Notes under the pieces: generated by a model
The model's input: the letters and a program-made list of their open reading frames with translations, nothing else
Told to the model about the DNA's origin: nothing
Databases searched by the model: none
In this document: one piece after another, positions 1 to 11,654 of the stretch
Layout of the letters: every line of letters starts with the position of its first letter
Numbering within the stretch: position 1 is the stretch's first letter
DNA from: Heptranchias perlo
Taxonomy: Eukaryota
Direction: 5' to 3'
DNA: 64,000 nucleotides
Assembly (NCBI RefSeq): GCF_035084215.1
Contig: NW_027139581.1
Location: 5,952,001 to 6,016,000, forward strand
Position numbers and translations under genes: made by a program

Positions 1-1440
1 AGAGGGTGATGGTGTTTGCACTGCAGAGTGTGATGGTGTTTCAGCTCCTGACCCCACCTGCCACCCTCAGGGTGTTGATGTGGGGGGAGCGCTTGACCAT
101 GAGGAGCCTCACCTCACCGCCTCTCCAACTCCAGGCCCCTCTGGCTCTGTGCGAGACACACACAATCCCCCTCTCACAGGCAGCCGCCAGCTGAGTCCGA
201 CCTGTCGGGGTGTGAGGAACCGTTGGTAGTTGGGGTAGATGCACCCCAGTCCCCCGTGAGGCGAAGTAGACGTCATCCCCATCCCCCTCCTCCCCCCCCC
301 CCCCCCCATGTAGATGATGAATTGGGAGAGGACATCAACGGTCAACAAGTGAGACGATTGACGGCTGATGAGAGCGACAAGTACCGTGACTGTTACGTCT
401 CCATGAGACAGGAGATGAAGGATGCTGGACAGAACATTAGCGCCAAGCTGGCCCAGACTGGACAGAACATTCGCGCCAAGCTGGCCCATACTGGACAGAA
501 CATTGCCCAGCTGGCCCAGACTGGACAGGACATTGCCCAGCTGGCCCATCTTGGACAGAACATTGCCAAGCTGGCCCATACTGGACAGAACTTTGTCCAG
601 CTGCCCCATACTGGACAGAACATTGCCCAGCTGGCCCAGACTGGACAGAACATTGCCCAGCTGGCCCATACTGGACAGAACATTGCCCAGCTGGCCTATA
701 CTGGACAGAACATTGCCCAGCTGACCCATACTGGACAGAACATTGCCCAGCTGGCCCATACTGGACAGAAAATTAGTGCCAAGCTGGCCCATACTGGACA
801 GAACATTAGCGCCAAGCTGGCCCATACTGGACAGAACATTGCCCAGATGGCCCATACTGGACAGAACATTGCCCAGCTGGCCCAGACTGGAGAGGACATT
901 GCCCAGCTGGCCCATATTGGACGGAACATTGCCAAGCTGGCCCACACTGGTCAGAACTTTGTCCAACTGCCCCATACGGGACAGAACATTGCCCAGCTGG
1001 CCCATACTGGACAGAACATTGCCCAGCTGACCCATATTGGGCAGAACCTTGGCCAGCTGGTCCATACTAGACAGAACATTGCCCAGCTGGCCCATACTCG
1101 ACAGAACATTGCCCAGCTGGCCCACACTGGACAGAACATTGCCCAGCTGACAAATATTCACCAGGCTCTCGTACATTTCATGGAGTTGAATGCGAGCACG
1201 GCTGTGCTGCACCTGAAGCCCGTGACACCCCCCGTGCCACCTCCTGCCGCAGACAGATTGCAGGCCCAAGAGCCAGGAGCTATTCCTGCACCTAACGCTG
1301 CTTTTACTCATGTCCCCGTGGAACAGCAGCACCCCAGCTCCGAACTCCCTGATTACAGCCATTTTGTAAGACACAGATTTCGTGCCCTTGGCTCAAGAGG
1401 GGCTCGATCACAGGGAGGGATGGGGGCCTGGAGGAAATAG
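1..1440 (+). pseudogene. Probable second (Myb/SANT-type partner) ORF of a PIF/Harbinger transposon, C-terminal part, with internal 30/33-bp repeat expansion
   Basis: ORF 223..1440 plus a frameshifted upstream part (frame 2 reads ...ASPTPGPSGSV...). It converges on a Harbinger transposase across an AT-rich spacer with AATAAA at 1798-1803 (+) and 1760-1765 (-). No Myb domain is visible in the window, so identity is inferred from context. Confidence 0.5.
424..1150. repeat. Coding-frame minisatellite, 30-bp units with 33-bp variants (about 24 copies; IAQLAHTGQN)
   Basis: Tandem CTGGACAGAACATTGCCCAGCTGGCCCATA units; open on both strands. Confidence 0.95.
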
Positions 1441-2707
1441 GATGCTCCTCGAGGACAGAGTTCACCTCCTCTTGTTCAGAGTGTCACAGCGACCCTCGAG
1501 CATGCCGCAAGGGGGCGTCTGTAAATCTTATTGCTGTTTGTTCGGTTGATGTTTTGGTTGTTTGTTTTTATTCGCTTGTTGATATTTTGTCATGTGATGA
1601 ATCTCTTCTGATTGTTTGTGTGATAATTTTTGTTGCTGCTGCTGCTGCCCTTCAAACTTAATCAGAAGTCATTTGTAATTGTTCGAAGATTTTCTGAATA
1701 TAAACCATGTTAACATCACAAATGCTTTCAAACAACAAAATTAATAAGTTAACCTAATTTTTATTTAAAGTTTTGCACTACACACCTCAATGTTCACAAT
1801 AAAGTTTTGCAACAACTAAATACCTCAAAATGTTAATGTAAAGTTTTGCACTAATGTTTTGATGCTGCAATTAAGGCTCACTGTTTCACTTTCAATCTTG
1901 CTTGTCCTGTTATCTGCTTTCCTGGGAGGGGGCGGGGAGGCAATTACCCATTTTCATCGATGTCAAAAAGCATCAGCCACTGGGTGCTCTCCCGCTGCCC
2001 TGTCTCCTGCAGCCACGGTTTCCCCGGGGGTGGGGATGGGGAAACCAACAATGGCCCCAGCAACATCCGGGTTGTCATCCTGCATCTCATCCATTCCCAG
2101 AGGCATCTCGTCTTCCTGGTCAAAGGTCAGTCCTTCCCGCAGTGTAAAGTTGTGCAATGCGCATCAGACAACCACAACCCTGGACATCTTGAGAGGTGAG
2201 TACGGCAAAGTTCCCCCGACCTGTCCAAGTATCGAAAGCGTGATTTCAGCTCCACCGATTCTCCTCTCCATGACTTGGCGTGAGCACACGTGGGCACGGT
2301 TGTTCCTCTCCTGAGCTGCACTATTGGTCCTGCGGTCGGGTGTCATCAGCCACGGCTTCAGCGGTTAGCCCTTGTCACCTGATATCCATCCAGATCCATG
2401 CTGCTCTCCGGTGAAGGTATCATTGCAAGTCTGAGTGGCGAAGGACGAAGGCATCATGGGCACTTCCCTTGTGATCTGTATTTACATTCATGATCCACAG
2501 GTCGGCATCGCAAAGGATCCTCACATTTAACCAATTTGTGGTTGTCTGATGCGCATTGCACAACTTTACACTGCGGGAAGGACTGACCTTTGACCAGGAA
2601 GACGAGATGCCGCTGGGAATGGACCCTTCCTGTTGATTTAAGTGACAGGTGCCTCATTGGGTGCCTTCCATGTCACATGGAATCCGTCGACAGCCCCCTG
2701 CAATCTG

Positions 2708-3100
2708 GAAATCCAGCGATCCTGTGGAACGCGGTAAACCTTTCCCTTTGAGAATCCAGCGATCCTGTGGAACGCGGTACACCTCTCCCTTTGGGGAATC
2801 CAGCGATCCAGCAGAACGCCGTAGACCTCTCCCTTTGGGGAATCCAGCGATCCTGTGGAACGCGGTTGATCTCTCCCTTTGGGGAATCCAGCGATCCTGT
2901 GGAACGCGGTACACCTCTCCCTTTGGGGAATCCAGCGATCCTGTAGAACGCCGTAGACCTCTCCCTTTGGGGAATCCAGCGATCCTGTGGAACACGGTTG
3001 ATCTCTCCCTTTGGGGAATCCAGCGATCGTGTGGAACGCGGTAGACATCTCCCATTGGGGAATCCAGCGATCCTGTGGATCACGGTCGACCTCTCCCTTT
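2708..3100. repeat. 44-bp minisatellite (about 9 copies) derived from transposase coding sequence
   Basis: GAATCCAGCGATCCTGTGGAACGCGGTACACCTCTCCCTTTGGG units; minus strand reads RERSTAFHRIAGFP. Confidence 0.95.
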
Positions 3101-3159
3101 ACTGCGCTGGGGACATGTCAAGTTTGATCAACTGGGAAACCGCGCGGAATATCGCGCCT

Positions 3160-3950
3160 GTGACCTCATGAATCCACTCTCGCAGGCCTCTGGGTGATTG
3201 TGTATCTGTGACCTGATGAATACAGACTCCCGCAGGGCTCTGGGTAATGGTGTGTCTGCGACCTGATGAATTCAGACTCTCACAGGGCTCTGGGTAATGG
3301 TGTGTCTGTGACCTGATGAATTCAGACTCCCGCGGGGCTCTGGGTAATGGTGTGTCTGTGACCTGATGAATTCAGACTCTCACAGGGCTCTGGGTAATGG
3401 TGTGTCTGTGACCTGATGAATTCAGACTCTCACAGGGCTCTGGGTAATGGTGTGTCTGTGACCTGATGAATTCAGACTCCCGCGGGGCTCTGGGTAATGG
3501 TGTGTCTGTGACCTGATGAATTCAGACTCTCACAGGGCTCTGGGTAATGGTGTGTCTGTGACCTGATGAATTCAGACTCTCACAGGGCTCTGGGTAATGG
3601 TGTATCTGTGACCTGATGAATTCAGACTCTCACAGGGCTCTGGGTAATGGTGTGTCTATGACCTGATGAATTCAGACTCTCACAGGGCTCTGGGTAATGG
3701 TGTGTCTGTGACCTGATGAATTTAGACTCTCACAGGGCTCTGGGTAATGATGTGTCTATGACCTAATGAATTGAGACTCTCACAGGGCTCTGGGTAATGG
3801 TGTGTCTGTGACCTGATGAATTCAGACTCTCACAGGGCTCTGGGTGATGTTGTGTCTGTGACCTGATGAATTCAGACTCTCACAGGGCTCTGGGAGATGG
3901 TGTATCCGTGACCTGATGAATTCAGACTCTCACATAGCTCTGGGTGATGT
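3160..3950. repeat. 50-bp minisatellite (about 15 copies) derived from transposase coding sequence
   Basis: TGGGTAATGGTGTGTCTGTGACCTGATGAATTCAGACTCTCACAGGGCTC units; minus strand matches the ITQS..IHQVTD segment. Confidence 0.95.
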
Positions 3951-4120
3951 TGCACATGTCACCAGGGCCTGACTGAAATGACCCACATGCCACTGACGAG
4001 GCCCTGCAGGAAGTAGAAGGTGGCTGAAGGTCCTCTTGTAATATCTCACAGAGGCGGCCGATTGCCTCCTTACTGAAACGAAGTCTTCACACAGATATCT
4101 CTTCCGATAATAATGTGCTT

Positions 4121-5245
4121 TCAAAAGGCTTTTGATAAAGTGCCGCATGGTAGGCTTATCATCAGGATTGCGGCCCCTGGAATAAAGAGAGCAGTAGCAA
4201 CATGGATACAGAATTGACTAAGGGACAGGAAAGAGAGATAACTGGTGAATGGTTGTTTTTCACACTGGAAGGAGGTGTCCAATGGCGTTCCCCAGGGGTC
4301 GGTGCTGGGACCACTGCTTTTCTTGATATATATTAATGACTTGGACTTGGAAGTCCAGGGCACAATTTGTAAATTTGCAGGTAACACAAAACTTGAAGGA
4401 GTCGTAAAGAGTGCGGAGGATAGTGATAGACTTCAAGGGAATATGGACTGGCTGGTGGAATGGGCGGATACATGGCAGGTGAAATTTAACGCAGAATAAT
4501 ACGAAGTCATACATTTTGGTCGGAAGAATGAGATGAGGCAATATAACTTAGAGGCCAAAAGTCTAAAGGGGGTGCAGGAGCAGAGAGATCTGGGGGTGTA
4601 TGCGCACAAATCGTTGAAGGTGGCAGGGCAGGTTGAGAAAGTGGTTAAAAAAGCATACGGGATCTTTGGCTTTTTTAATCGAGGCACGGAGTACAAAAGT
4701 ATGGAAGTCATGACAAAGCTTTATAAAACACTGGTTCGGCCTCAACTGGAGTATTGTGTCCAGTTCTGGGCACCGCACTTTAGGAAAGATGTGAAGGCCT
4801 TCGAGAGGGTGCAGAAGAGATTTATTAGAATGATTCCAGTGATGAGGGTATTTAGTTACGTGGATAGACTGGAGAAGCTGGGGTTGTTCTCCTTGGAACA
4901 GAGACGGTTGAGGGGAGATTCGATGGAGATCATCAAAATCATGAAAGTTCTGGACAGAGTGGATAGAGAGAAACTGTTCCCATTTGCGGAAGGGACAAGA
5001 ACCAGAGGACATCGATTTAAGGTGATTGGCAGAAGAACCAAAGGTGACATTAGGAAAATGCACTGCCCGAGGGGGTGGTGGCGGCAGATTCAATCATGGC
5101 TTTCAAAACGGAACAGGATATGTACTTGAAAGGAAAAAAATATCAGGGCTGCGGGGATTGGGATGAGCTGGAATGCTCTTGCATGGAGCCGGCACGGACC
5201 GAATGGCCGAATCGCCTCCTTCCGTGCTGTCTCCTTTCCATGTTT
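4121..5245 (+). mobile_element. CR1 LINE, 5'-truncated (RT C-terminus and 3' UTR)
   Basis: GVPQGSVLGPLLFLIYINDLD; [20 protein letters not shown]; TRGHRFK. Confidence 0.92.
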
Positions 5246-5298
5246 CTCTCATTCAAATGGAAGAGGAGTGACAATGAGCAGTATCAAAATGGAGCAAC

Positions 5299-5381
5299 TA
5301 CCAGGAGTGGGGTTCGAACCCACGCGGGTATAAACCCATTGGATCTTAAGTCCAACGCCTTAACCACTCGGCCATCCTGGT
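5299..5381 (-). tRNA. tRNA-Leu (anticodon TAA), 83 nt, apparently intact
   Basis: Reverse complement ACCAGGATGGCCGAGTGGTTAAGGCGTTGGACTTAAGATCCAATGGGTTTATACCCGCGTGGGTTCGAACCCCACTCCTGGTA: acceptor stem, A box, long variable arm, GGTTCGAACC B box; TTTT terminator at 5289-5286. Confidence 0.96.
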
Positions 5382-7025
5382 CTCTTCACAGTTTGGTGTG
5401 GTGTGTAATATTCTTGAGTCTCACTGCTTCATTTTCATTGTCAGTCAAAGTCCAGGATGAAATGATGTGTGGAGCGGGGAATGTGTGACAGAGAGAAACT
5501 CTGAGAAGCGTTGAAGAAGTGACACACACGCTCAGACACATGACACACACACATACAGCCAGGTACACCTCTATGTGTGAGTGTGTGATGTGTCTGAAAG
5601 TTTGTTGAACTTTCCACGGGCCACTGTTGAAAGACGACTCACTGTTCACATTTCCATCTCTCTGTTAGTTAAGATCCAGAATAAAGTGATGTGAGGTGCG
5701 AGGAAAAGAGTGATAAAGAGAGACACTCAGAAAGAGAGAGAGACACTGGGACAGAAAGAGACTCTCTCGGTCTGTCTGAGTCTGTGTCAGTCTCTCTCCC
5801 TCCATCTGTCCAATACCCGCAGATTTGAGAATCACAGGGTCAAAGAAGGAAACAGATTGGAACACATTGAGCCTGTGTCCTGTTTCAAAACCGACTCCCA
5901 GGAAAACGGCTCCGGTAGAATCGTTAAATGGTCAAAGTTTTTCCGGCGAGTTTGACCTCCTCCCTGAGATGGGGAGACACGGGGACGTGGGGCGATTAAA
6001 AGGCTTCAGAAAAATCATTTCGAATTGGATATTCTCCATCGTGGTGAGATATCCCTCCTTATCCAGGGATTTAGCTCCCCGACGGGGAGGGAACATTTTT
6101 AAGAGGCCGACTACAATTTTTAATCCTTTGCCTCGCTTCTTCTTCAAAAACGACAGAGAGAAATAGAGCAGAAAAAGAATGAAACAGGTGATTATCATTT
6201 TCAGAATATTATTGAGCGGCGACTGTTTGGGGACTGAATTCTTGGGGCCCGTCTGTTGCAGAGCACAAATGTGTTCCGAACTGTTTCCTTCTTGGACCCT
6301 GTGATTCTCAGAGAGAGACAGAGGGAGAGAGAGAGAGAGAGAAAGGGGGAGAGAGAGAGACAGAGAGAGAGAGACAAAGACTGATCCTGAGAGATTTAAC
6401 GATTAAGCCTCTGTTTGCAATGTACCTGTATGTGTGTGTCTCACTTTTTCTAACGTTTTCTGAGTGAGTCTCTGTTTCTCTGTCTTTCTCTCTCTGTCAC
6501 TCTCTCCCGCTCTCCCCACATCACTTTATTCTCGACCTTGACGAACAGAAAGATGGAAATGTGAAAGGTGAGTTTTCTTTTAACAGTGGCCCGTGGAAAC
6601 CAGGGTTCAATTTCCCGTCTGGGAGGTTACAGTTTTATTGCCTTTAAAAGCTTCACTTTCATTCCTCTTGCAATTTATCTCCAAGAGGAGGTTTACCAGA
6701 AAGATCCCACATACAACAATGAAATGGATGGCCAGTTAATCTGCGTTTTGGTGGTGTTAGTTGAGGGAGGAATGATAATTTCCTTAATAATGGATTCTAG
6801 CATTTTCATTTTAGACACACACATACACAGCCAGGTACACACGCAGACACTGATATACAAACAGATACACACACACAGGTACACACACAGAGAGACAGAC
6901 ACGTACGTGTAGATTGAAAAACAGAGATGAAAGGTCATCAAATAAATGGTTAAAATAGATTCACTGAACTTTCAAGCGTGTCTAACGCCATCTTGGGTGA
7001 GTGTCCATTATGGATTTGTACCGAT

Positions 7026-7090
7026 TCCTCGGTCGTCTATATCCCCGCTTATCACGAGGGAAACCTGGGTTCAATTTTTCGACGGGGATG
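7026..7090 (+). pseudogene. Degenerate tRNA-Asp pseudogene (further remnants near 6035-6090 and 6585-6625)
   Basis: TCCTCGGTCG..TATCCCCGCTTATCACGAGGGAAACCTGGGTTCAATTTTTCGACGGGGA resembles vertebrate tRNA-Asp(GTC) with a D-arm deletion. Confidence 0.65.
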
Positions 7091-7221
7091 TTATAAATGT
7101 GCTGCCTTTAAAAGCTTCACGTTCATTTCTCTTGCAGTTTTCTGAGTGCTTCTCTCTCGTTCTCGCTGTCACTCATTCCCCCGCTCCCAACAGTGTTTTA
7201 CTCAGGACCTCTGACTCACAA

Positions 7222-8160
7222 AGTAGGTTAGTAAGTTTGCAGATGACACCAAGATTGGTGGCATTGTGGACAGTGAAGAAGGTTATCTAGAATTGCAACG
7301 GGATCTTGATAAATTGGGCCAGTGGGCCGATGAATGGCAGATGGAGTTTAATTTAGATAAATGTGAGGTGATGCATTTTGGTAGATCGAATCGGGCCAGG
7401 ACCTACTCCGTTAATGGTAGGGCGTTGGGGAGAGTTATAGAACAACGAGATCTAGGAGTACAGGTTCATAGCTCTTGGAAGTGGAGTCACAGGTGGATAG
7501 GGTGGTGAAGAAGGCATTCGGCATGCTTGGTTTCATTGGTCAGAACATTGAATGCAGGAGTTGGGATGTCTTGTTGAAGTTGTACAGGGCATTGGTGAGG
7601 CCACACTTGGAATACTGTGTACAGTTCTGGTCACCCTATTATAGAAAGGATATTATTAAACTAGAAAGAGTGCAGAAAAGATTTACGAGGATGCTACCGG
7701 GACTTGATGGTTGACTTATAGGGAGAGGTTAGACAGACTGGGACTTTTTTCCCTGGAGAGTAAGAGGTTAAGGGGTGATCTTATAGAAGTCTATAAAATA
7801 ATGAGGGTCATAGATAAGGTAGATAGTCAAAATCTTTTCCCAAAGGTAGGGGAGTCGACAACGAGGGGGCTTAGATTTAAGGTGAGAGGGGAGAGATACA
7901 AAAGGGTCCAGAGGGGCAATTTTTTCACTCAAAGGGTGGTGAGTGTCTGGAACGAGCTGCCAGAGGCAGTAGTAGAGGCGGGTACAATTTTGTCTTTTAA
8001 AAAGCATTTGGACAGTTACATGGGTAACATGGGTATAGACGGATATGGGCCAAGTGCAGGCAATTGGGACTAGCTTAGTGGTATAAACTGGGCGACATGG
8101 ACATGTTGGGCCGAAGGGCCTGTTTCCATGTTGTAACTTCTATGATTCTATGATTCTATA
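7222..8160 (+). mobile_element. CR1 LINE, 5'-truncated
   Basis: KFADDTK-like start; [19 protein letters not shown]; (TTCTATGA)n 3' tail. Confidence 0.92.
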
Positions 8161-8407
8161 AAGTGATGGAAAATGACACAGAGCCGCAGAACTGGTCCAG
8201 TTATCAGCCGTCGCTCAGTGGGCAGCACTCTCGGCAGCGAGCACACAATCTGCTCAAAGAAGGCTTGTCTTTCACATTTCTATCTCTTTGTCAGTAAAGA
8301 TGAAATGATGTGCGGAGCGGGGGAAAGAGTGACAGAGAGAAAGAAAGAGAGAGAGACACTCTGAAAAGCTTTGAAGAAGTGAGACACACCCAGATAGACA
8401 CACAGCC

Positions 8408-9365
8408 ATCATAGAATCTTAGAAAATTTGCGGCACAGAAGGAGGCCATTCGGCCCATCGTGTCCGCGCCATCTGAGAAATGAGCAACCCAGCCGAATCC
8501 AACTTTCCCGCATTTGGCCGGTAGCCCTGCAGGTCACGGCTCTTCAGGTGCGCATTCAGGTATTTTTAAAAATGAGTTGAGGGTTTCTGCCTCTATCACC
8601 CTCCAAGGCAGTGAGTTCCGGATCCCCACCACATTCTGGGTGAAAAAATGTTTCTACATTTCCGCTAATCCTTCTACCAATCACTTTAAATCTCTGCTGC
8701 CTTGTTATTGAAGCCTCCGCTAAGGGAAATAGGTCCTTCCTATCCACTCTATCTAGGTCCCTCATAATTTTGTACACCTCAATCAAATCACCCCTCAGCC
8801 TCCTCTGTTCCAAGGAAAACAACTCCAAACTATCCAATCTGTCTTCATAGCTAAAATGCTCCAGTCCAGGCAGCATCCTAATAAATCTCCTCTGCACCCT
8901 GTCTATTGTAATTACATCCTTCATTTAATGTGGTGACCAGAACTGTGCGCAGTACTCAAGCTGTGGCCTAACTCGTATTTTATACAGTTCTGGCATAACC
9001 TCCCTGCTTTTATATTCTATGCCTCGGCTAATAAATTGTAAACAATTTTACAACACCAAGTTATAGTCCAGCAATTTTATTTTAAATTCACAAGCTTTCG
9101 GCTAATAAAGGAAAGTATCCCGTCTGCCTTCTTAACCACCTTATCTACCTGTCCTGCTATCTTCAGGAATCGGTGGACATGCACTTCAAAGTCCCTCAAT
9201 TCCTCTACACCTTTCAGTATCCTCCCATTTATTTTGTATTCCCTTGCCTTGTTTGCTTTCCCCAATTGCATTACCTTTACACTTCCCTGGATTGAGCTCC
9301 ATTTGCCACTTATCTGCCCATCTGACCAGTCCATTGATATCTTCCTGCTTTCGTTTTCCAAACTT
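8408..9365 (-). mobile_element. CR1 LINE 3' part, carrying a small Penelope-derived insert
   Basis: Minus-strand DRVQRRFIRMLPGLE..LEQRRLRGDLIEVYKIM; CR1 tail near 8410. Confidence 0.9.
9036..9097 (-). mobile_element. 62-bp Penelope-like terminal fragment with 12-bp TSD
   Basis: Near-identical to the reverse complement of 63318-63379; flanked by TCGGCTAATAAA at 9024-9035 and 9098-9109. Confidence 0.85.
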
Positions 9366-9384
9366 CACTGGATACAACCATATT

Positions 9385-10825
9385 GCCAGAGGATTGGAGG
9401 ACTGCTAATGTTGCACTGTTGTTTGAAAAGGGACCGAAAGATAGGCCAGTCATTCTCACCTCGGTGGTGGGCAAATTATCGGAATCAATTCTGAAGGACA
9501 GGATAAACTGTCATTTAAAAGGCACGGACTAATCAAGGACAGTCAGCACGGATTTGTTAAGGGGAGGTTGCGTCTGACTGACTTGAATGAATTTTTCGAG
9601 GAGGTGACAGGGAGGATCGATGAGGGTAGCGCAATTGATGTAGTCTACATGGATTTTAGCAAGGCTATTGACAAGGTCCCACATGGAAGATTGGTCAAAA
9701 AAGTAAAGGCCCATGGGTTCCAAGGGAATGTGGCAAATTGGATCCAAAATTGGCTCAGTTGCAGGGAGGAAAGGGTTAACGTCGACGGGTGTTTTTGTGA
9801 CGAGAAGGCTGTTTCCAGTGGGGTGCCGCAGGGCTCCTGTATTAGGCTCTTTGCTTTTTCTGGTTTACATTAACGATTTGGGCTTAAACGTAGGGGGCAT
9901 GATTAAGAAATTTGCGGATGACACAAAGATAAGCCGTGCGGTTGACAGTGAGGAAGAAAGCTATAGACTGCAGGAAGATATCAATGGATGGTCAGATGGG
10001 CAGAAAAGTGGCAAATAGAATTCAATCCGGAGAATTGTGAGGTAATGCATTTGGAAAGGGCAAACAAGGCAAGGGAGTACACAATAAATAGGATGATACT
10101 GAGAGGTGCAGAGGAATTGAGGGACCTTGGAGTGCATGTCCACAGATCTCTGAAGGTGGCAGGACAGGTGGATATAGTGGTTAAAAAGACATACGGAATG
10201 CTTACCTTTATTAGCCGAGGCATAGAATGCAAAATCATGGATGTTATGGTAGAACTGTATAAAACACTAGTTAGGCCACAGCTTGAGTACTGCGCACAGT
10301 TCTGGTCACCAAATTACAGGAAGGATGGAATTGCACTAGAGAGGGTGCAGAGGAGATTTAGTAGGATGTTGCCAGGATTGGAGAATTTTAGCTCTGATGA
10401 CAGATTGGACAGGCTGGGGTTGTTTTCCTTGGAACAGAGGACGCTGAGGGTTGATTTGATTGAGGTGTACAAAATTATGAGGGGCCGAGAAAGAGTGGAT
10501 AGGAAGGACCTATTTCCCTCAGCGGAGGCGTCAATAAGCAAGGAGCATAGATTTAAAGTGATTGGTATTACTTTTAGGATTAGAGCGGAAATGAGGAAAA
10601 AAAATTCACCCAGAGGTTGGTGGGGGTCTCGAACTCACTGCCTGAAAGAGTTGTTTGAGGCAGAAACCCTTAACTCATTTCAACAATACCTGGATGTGCA
10701 CCTGCAGAGCTGCGGACCAAATGCGGGAAAGTGGGATTAGGCCGGGTGTCTCGGTTCTCAGCCAGCGCAGACAGGAAAGGCCGAATGGCCTCCTTCTGTG
10801 CCATAAATTTTCAATGCTTCTATAA
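9385..10825 (+). mobile_element. CR1 LINE RT region and 3' end
   Basis: DVVYMDFSKAIDKVPH; GVPQGS; KKFADDTK; LVRPQLEYCAQFWSP. Confidence 0.92.
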
Positions 10826-11654
10826 ACAATAAAATGTATTCAGATATTGGAGCAGACTGTAAATATTGTATTGGACATTGAAATTCCTCCAAAGCCGATG
10901 AATGAGATGAAGTGATAAAATAATGGGGTAACACTGGAACATAACAGGGGGTTGAAATTAAAGTAAAGAGGGGCATAGATATTTGGATTTTCAATGTGCA
11001 GGGTTAGGTTCCTTTGAGTTAAAAATTAAATTGGGCTGGGGGGAAATAATACTCAGCAAAAAATTATCCATAAGGTGGATATTAGCAACAGGATAACTGG
11101 AGAATCTTTAAAGTCCATGACTTCTTGATAATATGGCACACCTTAGTTTCCTGTACAGGGTATTATGATTTTCTTTGTCTATATCATAATGTATAATATT
11201 AACCAAATGAAACTTGGAGCAATATGTACATGTCTTTCTGTGCTTATGTAAATCTGATGATGATAAAATATAAACTCAGGATGATCTTAGGCAGTGTGGT
11301 TTCACTCAGGTTCAAGAGGAGGGACTTTAAGAATATGGTTTAAAACTAGTTAAGTGTCCCACCTCGCATAGCTCGCATAATGCCCGAGACATTTAGCAAG
11401 AGGGTGATGTTGAGGGGGGCATGGTTCAGCATCTCAAGAGATGTGGTAACCAAAGACCTCCGCATTCCTCAGAGGAACAAATAGCTTGTAAACAGCGATA
11501 AAGGCTAATAACTACTCATATCGGAATCACGTGGAAGTAATTATTGGAGGATTAAAAACCCCTTTGTTGCCACAGTAACAGAAAAATCTGCTAATATTGT
11601 GTATCATTTGTCGTTCGGGTTCTAATTATTTGTGGTGCATTGACCACATTAAAC

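Larger units (their letters stand above)
1860..4120 (-). mobile_element. PIF/Harbinger (HARBI1-like, DDE_Tnp_4) transposase pseudogene
   Basis: Minus-strand fragments in the expected order: LSEEISV*RLRFSKEAIGRLCEILQEDLQP...GSFQSGPGDMCNITQS (4110-3930); FHRIAGFP / LQGAVDGFHV..KAP (about 2720-2650); GSAHDAFVLRHS, GWISGDKG*PLKPWLMTP, ERNNRAH..RQVMERRIG, LKSRFRYLDRSGGTLPYSP, ALHNF, acidic tail. Stops and frameshifts present; 5' end cut by a CR1 at 4121. Confidence 0.9.

Noticed and set aside
109-1374. 421-aa minus-strand ORF (MGQLGNVLSS repeats)
   Set aside because: Antisense shadow of the triplet-length repeat; no independent gene signals.
2708-3950. Regular repeats resembling a CRISPR array
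   Set aside because: Head-to-tail units with no unique spacers, no cas genes, vertebrate context; they derive from transposase sequence.
3160-3950. CTGATGA in every 50-bp unit (hammerhead core or snoRNA C/D box)
   Set aside because: No GAAA partner or stems; the motif is simply the antisense of IHQV codons.
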